From positions 115,339-179,338 of the forward strand of contig CAYGKO010000001.1 of the NCBI GenBank assembly GCA_964350735.1: 64,000 nt of DNA. The letters run 5' to 3'. The position numbers were made by a program, and so were the translations under genes. Source of the DNA: an uncultured Candidatus Saccharibacteria bacterium (GTDB lineage Bacteria; Patescibacteriota; Minisyncoccia; Phycocordibacterales; UBA918). The notes under the pieces were generated by a model, which was given only the letters and a program-made list of their open reading frames with translations, did no database searches and was not told the origin of the DNA. This document shows, piece after piece, positions 39,332 to 49,089 of the stretch (position 1 is the first letter of the stretch; each line of letters starts with the position of its first letter).

Positions 39332-40222
39332 TTATTCGATACTGCTAGGGAAAGATACTACCCTCTCTGTGCTGTCGGTTTGATCAAATCTTGCTCCAGC
39401 TTCATAAGCAGCATCAAAGACACCAGTAAAAGCAAAAAATAATTTTGTCGCATCATCTTGATATCGCTGCAGTCGGAGCAGCGTATACAAAGGATCTTCA
39501 AATGCTAATTTCATTGCTTCTACGTTTGTCAAAATTATTTGGTATACGTTGAGTAGATCGAGGTGTTCGTTCACTAGTTCGTTGGGAACTGGGGTACGTT
39601 TCATCTCGATCACCATTCCTTGATACGAATCAATAATGACATCTAATTCATTTAGTACTTCAGGGTTTGAACGCTGGATAGCTCTCTCCAAAATCAGCAC
39701 TTCATTTGGGGTATCTGCAGGAATTCCGTTTCTTATAGTTATATCGGCGATCTCGTTTGCGTAGGTCCGGGCTAGTTCGGGTGTTGTATTTGGCAAAATT
39801 ATTATGTCACCTCGACTAAATAATGTGTCGCTTTGCGCATCACGGACGAGGTCAGAGTTTGCTTGGGCAATTAATTCTTCTGGTGTGTCACCAAACTCAC
39901 CAAACTTTTTGTTCTGAACAATTTGCTGAAAAAAGTCCACAGCAAATTGTCCGGTGACAGTGGTTGGAGCTTCATAGGTTGAAGTCGCTATACTATCGAG
40001 TTTGATAGGCTCTTCTGTTCGAAGGGCTTCTTGCCAGTCTGGCACCCCGTTGTTATTTTTATCGTTGCTGCCAATGTAGTTGCGCAGCGGTTGATCACTT
40101 TTTGCGACCACTAACCCAGTTGGAGTACTTTCTATCTCGGCACGATTAAAATGCGTGTATGCGAATGAACCACATACTAGTAATACTCCAAAGACAACTG
40201 CTCCAAAAATGCGTGGATTCAT
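39332..40222 (-). CDS. N-terminally anchored protein of unknown function; first gene of the T4SS-like cluster
   Basis: TM anchor IFGAVVFGVLLVCGSFAY; 296 aa. Confidence 0.4.
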   Translation of the reverse strand: MNPRIFGAVVFGVLLVCGSFAYTHFNRAEIESTPTGLVVAKSDQPLRNYIGSNDKNNNGVPDWQEALRTEEPIKLDSIATSTYEAPTTVTGQFAVDFFQQIVQNKKFGEFGDTPEELIAQANSDLVRDAQSDTLFSRGDIIILPNTTPELARTYANEIADITIRNGIPADTPNEVLILERAIQRSNPEVLNELDVIIDSYQGMVIEMKRTPVPNELVNEHLDLLNVYQIILTNVEAMKLAFEDPLYTLLRLQRYQDDATKLFFAFTGVFDAAYEAGARFDQTDSTERVVSFPSSIE

Positions 40223-40292
40223 AGTTCCCAGTTACGTACCTAGTATAACAGTGGGCACTCTTCTATATATATGTATACGAATCAATCTGTGA

Positions 40293-41120
40293 TTAACTCT
40301 TTAGTTTGGGGAGTGGAGCCAAGGATTCAATGAGAGGAATCCAGGTTTCCAAGGGGATATCTTCAGCCCGAATGGTGTGATTGATCGCGTGGCTAGTGAA
40401 GATCTCTTCCAAGCTTTTTCGTTCAAATGTTCCCGCTAAATTACCTAAAAGTTGCTTACGTTTTTTACCAAATCCAAGGTGTAGTAGTTCAAAAATGATG
40501 GCGGGCTCTACCTTTTGGCAGTTTTTACGAGAGATGTTTCGCACTGCAATAATGGCTGAATCCACCTTCGGTGGGGGTGTGAAATGGCCTCTCCGAACTG
40601 TCCGAACGTACTCAGGCTGACCGAATAGTTTAATTGATAGTGATAACAACGACTCCTTCTCTCCCCTCGAGAGTTCAGAGGTTGCCCGCCTCGCCACCTC
40701 TTTTTGGACCAGAAACACTAGCTGGTTCGGCTGATGTGGGGTATCAAGGAAAGTGCGAAACAACATACCGGAGAGATAGTATGGGATGTTGGCCACGACT
40801 TTATAAGGGTGCGAAACGATCGGCAGGGTTGCCAGGTCTAAAGTGCGTACATCAGAGTGAACAACCTCTAATTGCCCGTTTGTAATTTCAGTGTGAAACG
40901 TTTCGTTTAAGACATCAATAGCTCTTTGGTCTGCTTCCAGAGCCACTACAGACACCTCTCTTTTGAGTAGTTCGCGTGTTAGTGCACCAGTACCAGGTCC
41001 AATTTCGAGTATTGATTCTCCTGGTTCTAAATTCGCTGCGTCACATAACCAACGTGGAACGACCTCACTATTGAGGAAGTGTTGACCAAGTGATTTTTTG
41101 TGGGCGAATGATTCTGACAT
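40293..41120 (-). CDS. rsmA: 16S rRNA (adenine1518/1519-N6)-dimethyltransferase
   Basis: SLGQHFL, LEIGPGTGALT, IANIPYYLS motifs of KsgA. Confidence 0.85.
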   Translation of the reverse strand: MSESFAHKKSLGQHFLNSEVVPRWLCDAANLEPGESILEIGPGTGALTRELLKREVSVVALEADQRAIDVLNETFHTEITNGQLEVVHSDVRTLDLATLPIVSHPYKVVANIPYYLSGMLFRTFLDTPHQPNQLVFLVQKEVARRATSELSRGEKESLLSLSIKLFGQPEYVRTVRRGHFTPPPKVDSAIIAVRNISRKNCQKVEPAIIFELLHLGFGKKRKQLLGNLAGTFERKSLEEIFTSHAINHTIRAEDIPLETWIPLIESLAPLPKLKS

Positions 41121-41164
41121 GTTGCTAGCCTACGTGAAGCCCTCAGAAATGCAACAGTTTCTGC

Positions 41165-43129
41165 TTAGTCTAAAAAAACAGTGGTTTCGTAACCAGAGTC
41201 AGAATTTCCACCACCTCGGTGTGCGCCTGAACTTTCTATATGTTTCGTACTAATATCATTTAAAAATGATGAGGGGACATTCACCCGTTGGCTGCCAAAG
41301 ATGGTGCGCATATGGGCATAGGAAAGAAATACTTTTTTAGCCGCTCGTGTCAGTGCTACGTAAAACAGTCGCCGTTCTTCTTCATGATCAATTCCAGAGT
41401 CATCAAGACGTTCGTGCGGGAAGAGTCCTTCTTCCATGCCACTCACAAACACATACGGGAACTCGAGGCCTTTGGCAGCGTGTACGGTCATGAGGCGAAC
41501 TGCATCTTGGTCTTCTTTGGTCTTGAGTTCATCTTGATCACTTTGTAGGGCGGCATTTTCGAGCAGTGCTTCAACTCCCTCTTCGGGATCCATTTCATCA
41601 TAGCGTACAGCAAGACTCACGAGTTCTTGCAAGTTCTCAAGACGTGTCAGAGCATCTTCAGTGCCGTCTTTTTTAAACTCAGTTTCAAGACCACTTCGTT
41701 TAATAATGAAACGTAGGGTTTTTGAAATAGGTTCAGTGCGAGCTTGGTCTGCGATGTCTATCATCATCTGATCAAACCGAGTGACCTTCTCAAGAGTGGC
41801 GCCTTTAATTTCTTCTCGCCTTCCCTCAATCATTTTAAGCATGGTTACTTTTCCAATCCCACGTGTTGGAACATTTACAATGCGCGACAGGTCAGCAGTG
41901 CTGGTGGGGTTAAGGGCAAGGCGTAGGAATGACAGCACATCTTTTACTTCTTTTCGTTCAAAGAATTTAGTTCCCAAGAGTTGGTATGGAATGCCAAAAT
42001 TTAAGTAAGCCTCTTCGAGCACTCTGGATTGGAAGTTAGTTCGATACAGTACAGCGATGTCTGAAGCGCTGACACCGTCGTTAATCAGACTCTTAGCTTT
42101 CATGGCGATATACTCAGCTTCTTCAAAACCGTTCATAGCAGCATAGAGATCAATCTTCTCTCCTTCTTGGTTGTTAGTGAATACACTTTTATCAACTCGA
42201 TTGCTGTTCTTGGCGATAATCTCATTGGAGGCTGCGATAATAGTCTTCGTTGAACGATAGTTTTCTTCTAAGAGAATTGTCTTGGCACCAGGGAAATGAC
42301 GTTCAAATAGCAAAACATTTTTGATATCGGCTCCACGCCAACTGTAAATATTTTGATCGATGTCCCCCACTACACAAATGTTATGTTTTTCTCCGGCTAA
42401 GATACGAGCAATTTCGTACTGTACTTTGTTAGTATCTTGGTATTCATCAACGTGAAGATATTGATAGCGTGCTTGCATTACTTCACGCACAACCGGATTG
42501 TTTTCGAGTAGTCGCAATGTTTTAACTAGTAGGTCATCAAAATCAAGTGCGTGTTCGGCGCGCATCGTGGCTTCATAATATTCCCACACCTCAGCCGCCA
42601 CTCGCTCGGGGTAGCTTGAGGCTTCATTTAAAAAATCGGCTCGGCTCTGGGCGTCACCTTTAGCCCGTGAGATCATTGAAAGAATTTTCCGTGGTTCAAA
42701 TTGCTTTGGACTATAGCCGGCCTTTTCAATACCGGCCTTGATAGCCCGGACACTATCACTCCGATCATAGATAACAAAGTGCCGGCGAAGATCAAGCAGT
42801 TCATGATGCTCTCGCAGTATACGCACACCAAACGCATGAAAGGTGGTGACCATCGGCAAAGAATCAAAAGCCGACCGTTCACTTCCAGGGAATTGCTTGA
42901 TTAGCTTCTCTACTCGTTCGCGCATTTCTTTGGCGGCTTTGTTGGTGAAGGTAACCGCGAGGATGTTGTGGGGAGCTACTCCTTGGTGGATGAGGTGCAC
43001 GATGCGGTGGGTGATCACTCGGGTCTTTCCCGACCCGGCTCCAGCAAGGACTAAGAGCGGCCCACTAGTAGTTTGCACCGCTGCTTGTTGTTTTTCGTTC
43101 AGTCCTTCGAGGTATGGAAGTGCGTTCAT
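41165..43129 (-). CDS. pcrA: ATP-dependent DNA helicase PcrA/UvrD family
   Basis: GAGSGKTRV Walker A, DEYQDTN, TFHAFG, VHAAKGLEF helicase motifs; 654 aa. Confidence 0.85.
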   Translation of the reverse strand: MNALPYLEGLNEKQQAAVQTTSGPLLVLAGAGSGKTRVITHRIVHLIHQGVAPHNILAVTFTNKAAKEMRERVEKLIKQFPGSERSAFDSLPMVTTFHAFGVRILREHHELLDLRRHFVIYDRSDSVRAIKAGIEKAGYSPKQFEPRKILSMISRAKGDAQSRADFLNEASSYPERVAAEVWEYYEATMRAEHALDFDDLLVKTLRLLENNPVVREVMQARYQYLHVDEYQDTNKVQYEIARILAGEKHNICVVGDIDQNIYSWRGADIKNVLLFERHFPGAKTILLEENYRSTKTIIAASNEIIAKNSNRVDKSVFTNNQEGEKIDLYAAMNGFEEAEYIAMKAKSLINDGVSASDIAVLYRTNFQSRVLEEAYLNFGIPYQLLGTKFFERKEVKDVLSFLRLALNPTSTADLSRIVNVPTRGIGKVTMLKMIEGRREEIKGATLEKVTRFDQMMIDIADQARTEPISKTLRFIIKRSGLETEFKKDGTEDALTRLENLQELVSLAVRYDEMDPEEGVEALLENAALQSDQDELKTKEDQDAVRLMTVHAAKGLEFPYVFVSGMEEGLFPHERLDDSGIDHEEERRLFYVALTRAAKKVFLSYAHMRTIFGSQRVNVPSSFLNDISTKHIESSGAHRGGGNSDSGYETTVFLD

Positions 43130-43188
43130 TGGCCGACACTATACACTATATAGAAGGTATAGAAAAATCCGGCACTCGACCTAGTGTG

Positions 43189-43217
43189 TTGACGAAAAAA
43201 AGTAATCCAGGTACTAT
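43189..43217 (+). promoter_or_regulatory. Near-consensus sigma-70 promoter (TTGACG-17-TACTAT) with no long ORF downstream
   Basis: ttgacg at 43189-43194, 17-nt spacer, tactat at 43212-43217. Confidence 0.4.
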
Positions 43218-43230
43218 CAAATATGAAATT

Positions 43231-43305
43231 ATGAATACATTTTATTATCACATGCCAAAGCGTTGGAAAAGCCCCGAGAAGGTGTGTGTTAATAATCGTG
43301 TGTAA
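43231..43305 (+). other. Candidate 24-aa micro-ORF (MNTFYYHMPKRWKSPEKVCVNNRV) or small RNA between the promoter and the terminator
   Basis: Bracketed by the promoter at 43189 and the terminator at 43321; no SD seen. Confidence 0.2.
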
Positions 43306-43320
43306 TTTATAAAAACTCGA

Positions 43321-43364
43321 AATAAAACCGCCCTTCTCATTCGTGAGAAGGGCGGTTTTATTTT
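43321..43364. terminator. Strong bidirectional intrinsic terminator in the pcrA / 43458-gene divergent spacer
   Basis: aataaaaccgcccttctc-attc-gtgagaagggcggttttatttt. Confidence 0.7.
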
Positions 43365-43457
43365 GAAAACTCGTTGTCGATACGCTGGTGGGGTCTAGAA
43401 ACCGCCAGCGTGGCGCCAACGGGGCGTCACGTACATTTACAACGAGGAGGCAGTCAC

Positions 43458-44486
43458 ATGCCACTACAAATAGAAAACAACTACGACCAGGTTTCGTTAA
43501 ATGATCTGGTGCGCTTGCGGGAGCAGGGTTATTCGGTGTTGAAATCACCACACGTTGGTAATCAACATCGGAGTAACTTAGCGTGCGCTAAGCTCGGTAT
43601 CCCGCTCGAGATGGTTTCCTTCACTCAAGGCGAACGGGATACCAACTTTCATCCTCAGGTACGGATTGAAGATGGGGTGCAAACTTCTCTCTACGACGCT
43701 CGGGTCTGGACGCAGTTTGCATCAGTGCCCGATGGCCGGAGTGCGACTGAATATCACCAGTCAGCTGTGCAAGAGGTGTTCCCTCAGACAGAAATCCTGA
43801 CCGACGTGGAGCGGATGCGGCAATATCCAGCGCTCGCTGCCACGGTACTGCGGGCGACAAACATAAAGCGGTCGCAGTCAGTTTGGTATCGTCGAGTATC
43901 TGAAGCTGGTCACGTGACCAATCGGAGTACCGGGTTGCTGACTGACACTCAACTTGAAACTGAAGTGTTTCAATTCAGCAATGATCACTCGGGTTGGGTG
44001 ATTCCCAACAAGGTCCACATCATTTTTGATTTGGCATACCAAGCGCTGGCTTCTGGTCGATCAACGGTATATCACCTGTCAGGTCCTCAGATGGTGCACT
44101 ACGTTGACAGTATTGCGAGTGAGTTGGAACTACTTTACGACGCAGTTCGTTTGGTAATGCCTGACTTACCACTGGTTCTTAAGGTGCGTATTGTACCGGT
44201 AGCAGCTGCTCAGTTTGTGACAACGTCCAATCGAAAAATTGGACTTGATGCGTTTGCAGAAGTGCGGACAGACCTGCAGTACGCTGCAGTGGCGGCTGAG
44301 TTTGTAACTCTCTACCCAGAGTTCACTACGCCGATCGAAAGTGGTACAACCTTGTCGCAGTATGATCTGACTACCGCTGATGACTTACTCCTCGATCCTT
44401 GGATGCTTGAAGCTTCTCTTGCTGAAGTCACTCGTATCTACAATCTGCTTATCCAAACAAATCAATCACGGATAGCAGCTGAATAA
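43458..44486 (+). CDS. Hypothetical 342-aa protein (no motif recognised)
   Basis: Start at the ATG preceded by a strong SD, GAGGAGG; the upstream leader is GC-rich with a hairpin cgctggtgg...ccgccagcg. Confidence 0.45.
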   Translation: MPLQIENNYDQVSLNDLVRLREQGYSVLKSPHVGNQHRSNLACAKLGIPLEMVSFTQGERDTNFHPQVRIEDGVQTSLYDARVWTQFASVPDGRSATEYHQSAVQEVFPQTEILTDVERMRQYPALAATVLRATNIKRSQSVWYRRVSEAGHVTNRSTGLLTDTQLETEVFQFSNDHSGWVIPNKVHIIFDLAYQALASGRSTVYHLSGPQMVHYVDSIASELELLYDAVRLVMPDLPLVLKVRIVPVAAAQFVTTSNRKIGLDAFAEVRTDLQYAAVAAEFVTLYPEFTTPIESGTTLSQYDLTTADDLLLDPWMLEASLAEVTRIYNLLIQTNQSRIAAE

Positions 44487-44490
44487 TTTG

Positions 44491-45486
44491 ATGGGCGACA
44501 TAGTCGCCCATCTATCCATATTAAAATTAATCATACTACTTTTACACATGAAAAAAATATACGACCTACATCAAGACCTCATGACACATATCAGGTTTCG
44601 TGACGTGCTAGGGCAGTCACACCAAACCTCCTTTGAGGATATTCTCAGTAGTGAGGTTGATTTAGTAATTGCTACTGCCTTCCCTTTTCCACCGCATGAT
44701 GATCAGTACCATACTGCTGTACCAGAATTAATTACCGAAGAATTGGGCTTATACCATGAGTACATTACACAGCATCCAGACTGGAAACTAGTGCAGTCTG
44801 CTAAAGATTTGGCTTGTGATGCCCAAAAAATAATTCTGCACCTGGAAGGACTTAATGTGTTTGATGGTTCTGATCAAGCTTGGGATCAACTTGATGTGTG
44901 GGTCAAAATGGGAGTGCGTTCGATCGGTACTCACTGGAATGTTGCTAACCAACTGGGTGGTGGTACGTTGCAGCCAGATGTCTCGCTGACAGATTTAGGC
45001 AGAGAGCTGATCACGTACCTTGAAAAGCAGCAGCTTATTTTTGACTTAGCCCACATGGGTCGAAAAAGTTTTGCCGACGCAGCAGCAATTTCAAAGCGAC
45101 CTTTATATGTGAGTCATGGTAATACTGATGCGGTGTGTAGTAATGTGCGTAATTACACTGACGAACAACTTTACCAGATTGCTGCATCAGACGGGGTGAT
45201 TGGGGTATTTTTTGCCAACACATTTGTGGTTGGAAAAGGTGCTGTCAGTAATGTTGAACACGTTGTTGCACATATTGAATATACCAAGCATTTGATTGGT
45301 GTTCGCCATATTGCAATCGGCAGTGATCTGGGAGGAGTCATTACTGGAGGTGTGTTGGGACTGGAGGAGGTGACTAACATTAAAAATCTGATCGCCGCTC
45401 TCGCAGAGCATGGATATACTGAAACTGAAATTGAAGCCATTGCTTGGAAGAATGCTGATCGGGTTTTACGAGCACATCTACAATAA
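44491..45486 (+). CDS. Peptidase M19 family (membrane/renal dipeptidase-like) metallohydrolase
   Basis: DLHQDL (like the DGHNDL motif), EG...GVRSIGTHWNVAN, FDLAH...PLYVSHGNTDAVC, IAIGSDLGGV and NADRVL align block by block with DPEP1-type dipeptidases; alternative start 44551. Confidence 0.75.
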   Translation: MGDIVAHLSILKLIILLLHMKKIYDLHQDLMTHIRFRDVLGQSHQTSFEDILSSEVDLVIATAFPFPPHDDQYHTAVPELITEELGLYHEYITQHPDWKLVQSAKDLACDAQKIILHLEGLNVFDGSDQAWDQLDVWVKMGVRSIGTHWNVANQLGGGTLQPDVSLTDLGRELITYLEKQQLIFDLAHMGRKSFADAAAISKRPLYVSHGNTDAVCSNVRNYTDEQLYQIAASDGVIGVFFANTFVVGKGAVSNVEHVVAHIEYTKHLIGVRHIAIGSDLGGVITGGVLGLEEVTNIKNLIAALAEHGYTETEIEAIAWKNADRVLRAHLQ

Positions 45487-45529
45487 TAAAAAACGCACGC
45501 GACTGTTGTCGCGTGCGTGAGTTGCAGAA

Positions 45530-47305
45530 CTACAATTGAAACCCTTGAGCGTCAGCCATCTCTCTAAAGAGTGCTTCAGACTCGTAAGCTTTATGTAGTG
45601 AGGTGTATACCGTGACTTGTTCAGCGTCAGCTCCACATGCGCCGATGGGACGAACAAAAATGATTTTGTCGCACCCACGCAAAGTAGAAAGACGATGTGC
45701 AATCATCATCACGATCACGTCTTTTGGCAGTGAGCCATAGATATGACTCATCACAGTCACTTCTGAAATCGAGTCAAGGGCAGACGTCATTTCGTCCCCA
45801 ATGATCAACTTCGGTCGTTTGGCGAGTGCGATCGCAATCGCCAAACGTTGTCGCTGTCCACCGGATAACTTCAAACCCTGGTACCCGACGTTAGTGTTGA
45901 GTCCGTTAGTAAGAACAGAGAAATCAAGACCAGCTCGATTGAGTACGTCCCAGATCTCTTCATCACTCACTACAAGCCCGCTGCCGATACCCGAGAGTAC
46001 GTTGTCTCTGATTGTACCTTCGAAGATCTCGATATCTTGTGGGATGTATCCCACATGAGCTAAGTAGTCTTCGAGCCTGATGTCCGAGAAGGACTGATTG
46101 TTGACAGTCACTTCACCTGATACACCGGCATATGCTCGAAGGAACAACTCAATGAGTTTGGTTTTACCGGCTCCACTGGGGCCAATAATACCAACTCGTT
46201 CACCGGGATTGAGCGTCAGAGACACGTTACGCAAGATGGGTGTTTGCACACCTTCTTTTTTAAGTGACAGTGACACAGCACGGAGATCGATCGTAAGCTT
46301 CTCAGCTTCGAAAGGTTCTCCTTCGGTGGCCAGAAAGGGTGCTGGTTCTTGTAGCGGTACACGATAGCCTTGTACTCGAGGCCGATCACGAGCGATCATC
46401 CGTTCGGCATCCGCAATGTCGCGAAGTCGAATAGTGATTTCTCGTAGCACCAAGAGTAGCCACACCATCTTGTCAGTTCCGAGAGTATCCTCGTTGTTTG
46501 AACTGCCCAGCCAAAGACTGATACCGACGATAAGCGCAGTAGCACTTAGGCGACGCAGCGTGATGCTTTTGGCAAAGCGCACTCGATACACGTAGTCATC
46601 GAGTGCAAGTGCTGGTTGCACGCGCTCGTGCAGTTCACGCAAAATACGTGACACGGTGCCATAGGCTTTCATGACGACTGCCGCATCCGCCCGTTCACGC
46701 ATCCAGCGTATCCAACGACGGAATTCTGTATCGATGGGTAGACAGGCTTCGGTCATGTAGGCGTTGAAGCGACTGTTCCAGATTAGTTGGATCAGAATGA
46801 AGCCGCAGGCGGCCATACCGATCCAGGAATCAATCGCAAAACACACGACGACCCCAAAACTGATGCTGCAGTAGTTTGGAACGATATTGAACAAGTACTG
46901 ATCGTGCATGTTCATCACCTTGTCCCGTAGGCTTTCGACGCCACCACCATCGATCTGGTGTTCGTTGTCGATAAGCCAACCGATGGGCTTTTCGAGGTAC
47001 TGGTCGAGAATGTTATACGGAATACTCCAGAAGCATTGCTGGAAGAACCGTTCACGAACTCGGAACAGTCCCCAGTGTGCGGCATGAGTAGCGATGTCAA
47101 CCACGATGAAGTAGGTAACACCAAACAGCACCAGGTCAAAATCATTGCTGCCGAGTCCGGCAGCAATCTGACCGAGTCCATACGGCACACAGATCGCAAT
47201 TGCTTCGACGAGCATGACGAGCAGTAATACGTAGATACCAAGCTGCTTCCCTCTTGGGGTAAGCAGATTCCACGTGTAATGGAGATTATCGTCGAGAAGT
47301 TTCAT
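45530..47305 (-). CDS. ABC transporter, fused permease/ATPase (exporter type)
   Basis: N-terminal 6-TM domain; GPSGAGKT Walker A, LSGGQRQR signature, LIIGDEMTSALD Walker B. Confidence 0.8.
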   Translation of the reverse strand: MKLLDDNLHYTWNLLTPRGKQLGIYVLLLVMLVEAIAICVPYGLGQIAAGLGSNDFDLVLFGVTYFIVVDIATHAAHWGLFRVRERFFQQCFWSIPYNILDQYLEKPIGWLIDNEHQIDGGGVESLRDKVMNMHDQYLFNIVPNYCSISFGVVVCFAIDSWIGMAACGFILIQLIWNSRFNAYMTEACLPIDTEFRRWIRWMRERADAAVVMKAYGTVSRILRELHERVQPALALDDYVYRVRFAKSITLRRLSATALIVGISLWLGSSNNEDTLGTDKMVWLLLVLREITIRLRDIADAERMIARDRPRVQGYRVPLQEPAPFLATEGEPFEAEKLTIDLRAVSLSLKKEGVQTPILRNVSLTLNPGERVGIIGPSGAGKTKLIELFLRAYAGVSGEVTVNNQSFSDIRLEDYLAHVGYIPQDIEIFEGTIRDNVLSGIGSGLVVSDEEIWDVLNRAGLDFSVLTNGLNTNVGYQGLKLSGGQRQRLAIAIALAKRPKLIIGDEMTSALDSISEVTVMSHIYGSLPKDVIVMMIAHRLSTLRGCDKIIFVRPIGACGADAEQVTVYTSLHKAYESEALFREMADAQGFQL

Positions 47306-47970
47306 AAGTCCCTCGTAGGTTGTGAAAGAGCGTGGTCAGGATCGACCAAAAGAACGAAAAGCGCCTTAACCCGCAGGCAAGACGCTGTAATCACACAAGA
47401 AAATAAGGAGAAAACTTACATAGTCTGAGCATATTGCCTACACATTTTTGAAATTTGGTTAGATACCACACGAAGCCCCACGGTAAATGGGTTCGTTGTC
47501 ACATGGGCACGAGTGTATGTGATAGCTCGTCCACGCATGAGATATGTGGTTGTGTATGCAATAGTACGCATCTAAAAATAATAACATTAAAAACTTATAT
47601 GTCAATACATAAAAAACGCCCTATGTTAGCCCCAGCACAGACTAATTGGGCTTTACGGAGAGAAGTGCATTACGTCAATTGCGCCCTCGGTTTGCTTTAG
47701 TAGAATTACCGGCATACTAGAAATAGTGACTGAGAGCGAATGCGCTCTTTTTGTTTGAAAGCAAATTTCCGTAACTGATTGAACCGGCGGTGAGACCTAA
47801 CTACCTGACGTATAAAACCGAAACCACAAGACTCTGAAGACAGCTCTGATAGTTTTATATCAAGCACTCAGACGACACAGAAGCACACATCATGGGTAAC
47901 TTCTCGAGTTGCTTTTGAAGTACTGCCGCTACTTATTATTGTAGCGGTCCCCTTCTCGGTACACGCTGGA

Positions 47971-48903
47971 ATGCTTACATCACTCTTAGGCATGATGAGT
48001 CAGACTGAAACTGATACCGAAGTCGTAAGTGAGGCAGCCAACGATGTGCGACTCCTGCGCGCTGACAACACCATTGATCCATTGGCCGCCCGTGGAGGGG
48101 GCGATCTTATAGTAGAAGAAGGAGCGCTCGTCTCGGGTGGATTATTTGGTGAAGATATTATTGATAGCGCCGCGTACGAATCAGGTGAAATTAGCGTGTA
48201 TGTCGTCCGTGAAGGTGATACGCTCTCACAGATCGCTGAGATGTTTGAGGTGACAAGCAATACCATTTTGTGGGCTAATGACCTATCGAGTGCTGTGGCC
48301 ATTCAGCCAGGTGACTCACTAGTGATCCTGCCGATTGTTGGAGTTCGACACGTCGTGAAAGACGGTGACACTATCTCAACTATTGCCAAAAAGTACGATG
48401 GCGACACCGATGAGATTCTTTCATACAACCAACTCGCTTCAGCTGATGAGTTAGCAGCTGGCGACACGTTGGTAATTCCAGGTGGAAACATGGATCGACC
48501 GACTAAGGCTCGCACCGGCAAAGTGGCGTCGCCAACCAAAGTGACCGGAGCGGCTGCCTCAACCGCCTTTACGCACCCATCTCCTGGTGCACTACGTACC
48601 CAAGGTATTCACGGCTACAATGCGGTTGACCTAGCAGCTGGATACGGCACCCCAATCCGCGCTGCTGCTACCGGGGAAGTAATCATCTCTAAAGGTTCTG
48701 GCTGGAATGGAGGCTATGGAAACTACATCGTGGTGCGACATAGTAATGGTACGCAGACACTGTACGCACACTTGAGTAGTAACGCAGTTGGAGTCGGTGC
48801 ATTTGTAGGCGCCGGAGAAGTGATCGGGTACATGGGTAGTACGGGACGGTCTACTGGGTCGCATCTCCACTTTGAAGTCCGCGGCGCTCGCAATCCTTTC
48901 TAA
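47971..48903 (+). CDS. LysM-domain M23 (lysostaphin-type) peptidoglycan endopeptidase
   Basis: Two LysM repeats (GDTLSQIA / GDTISTIAKKY) and M23 motifs (HxxxD region, HLHFEVR). Confidence 0.75.
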   Translation: MLTSLLGMMSQTETDTEVVSEAANDVRLLRADNTIDPLAARGGGDLIVEEGALVSGGLFGEDIIDSAAYESGEISVYVVREGDTLSQIAEMFEVTSNTILWANDLSSAVAIQPGDSLVILPIVGVRHVVKDGDTISTIAKKYDGDTDEILSYNQLASADELAAGDTLVIPGGNMDRPTKARTGKVASPTKVTGAAASTAFTHPSPGALRTQGIHGYNAVDLAAGYGTPIRAAATGEVIISKGSGWNGGYGNYIVVRHSNGTQTLYAHLSSNAVGVGAFVGAGEVIGYMGSTGRSTGSHLHFEVRGARNPF

Positions 48904-49040
48904 GCGATCTACTTCGTTACATTCGTGAAAAAATTATTCACCTTACGACCAGTAAGGCTCATAATTTTTTCACTCTGTGCCTCGTATCTCATCTTAGAAA
49001 TGATTGCGAGCTATCAGGGTAAGAAATATAAATATTTAAA

Positions 49041-49075
49041 AACAAAAACCACCGACTAGTCGGTGGTTTTTGTTT
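49041..49075. terminator. Bidirectional terminator hairpin
   Basis: aacaaaaaccaccgac-tagt-cggtggtttttgtt. Confidence 0.65.
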
Positions 49076-49089
49076 GGTATCTAGATTTA

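Noticed and set aside
47306-47970. ydaO (c-di-AMP) riboswitch upstream of the LysM-M23 gene
   Set aside because: Context is suggestive, but the conserved GGGGACCC / ACGGGG / CCGGGGUGAAUCC blocks are not found by eye.
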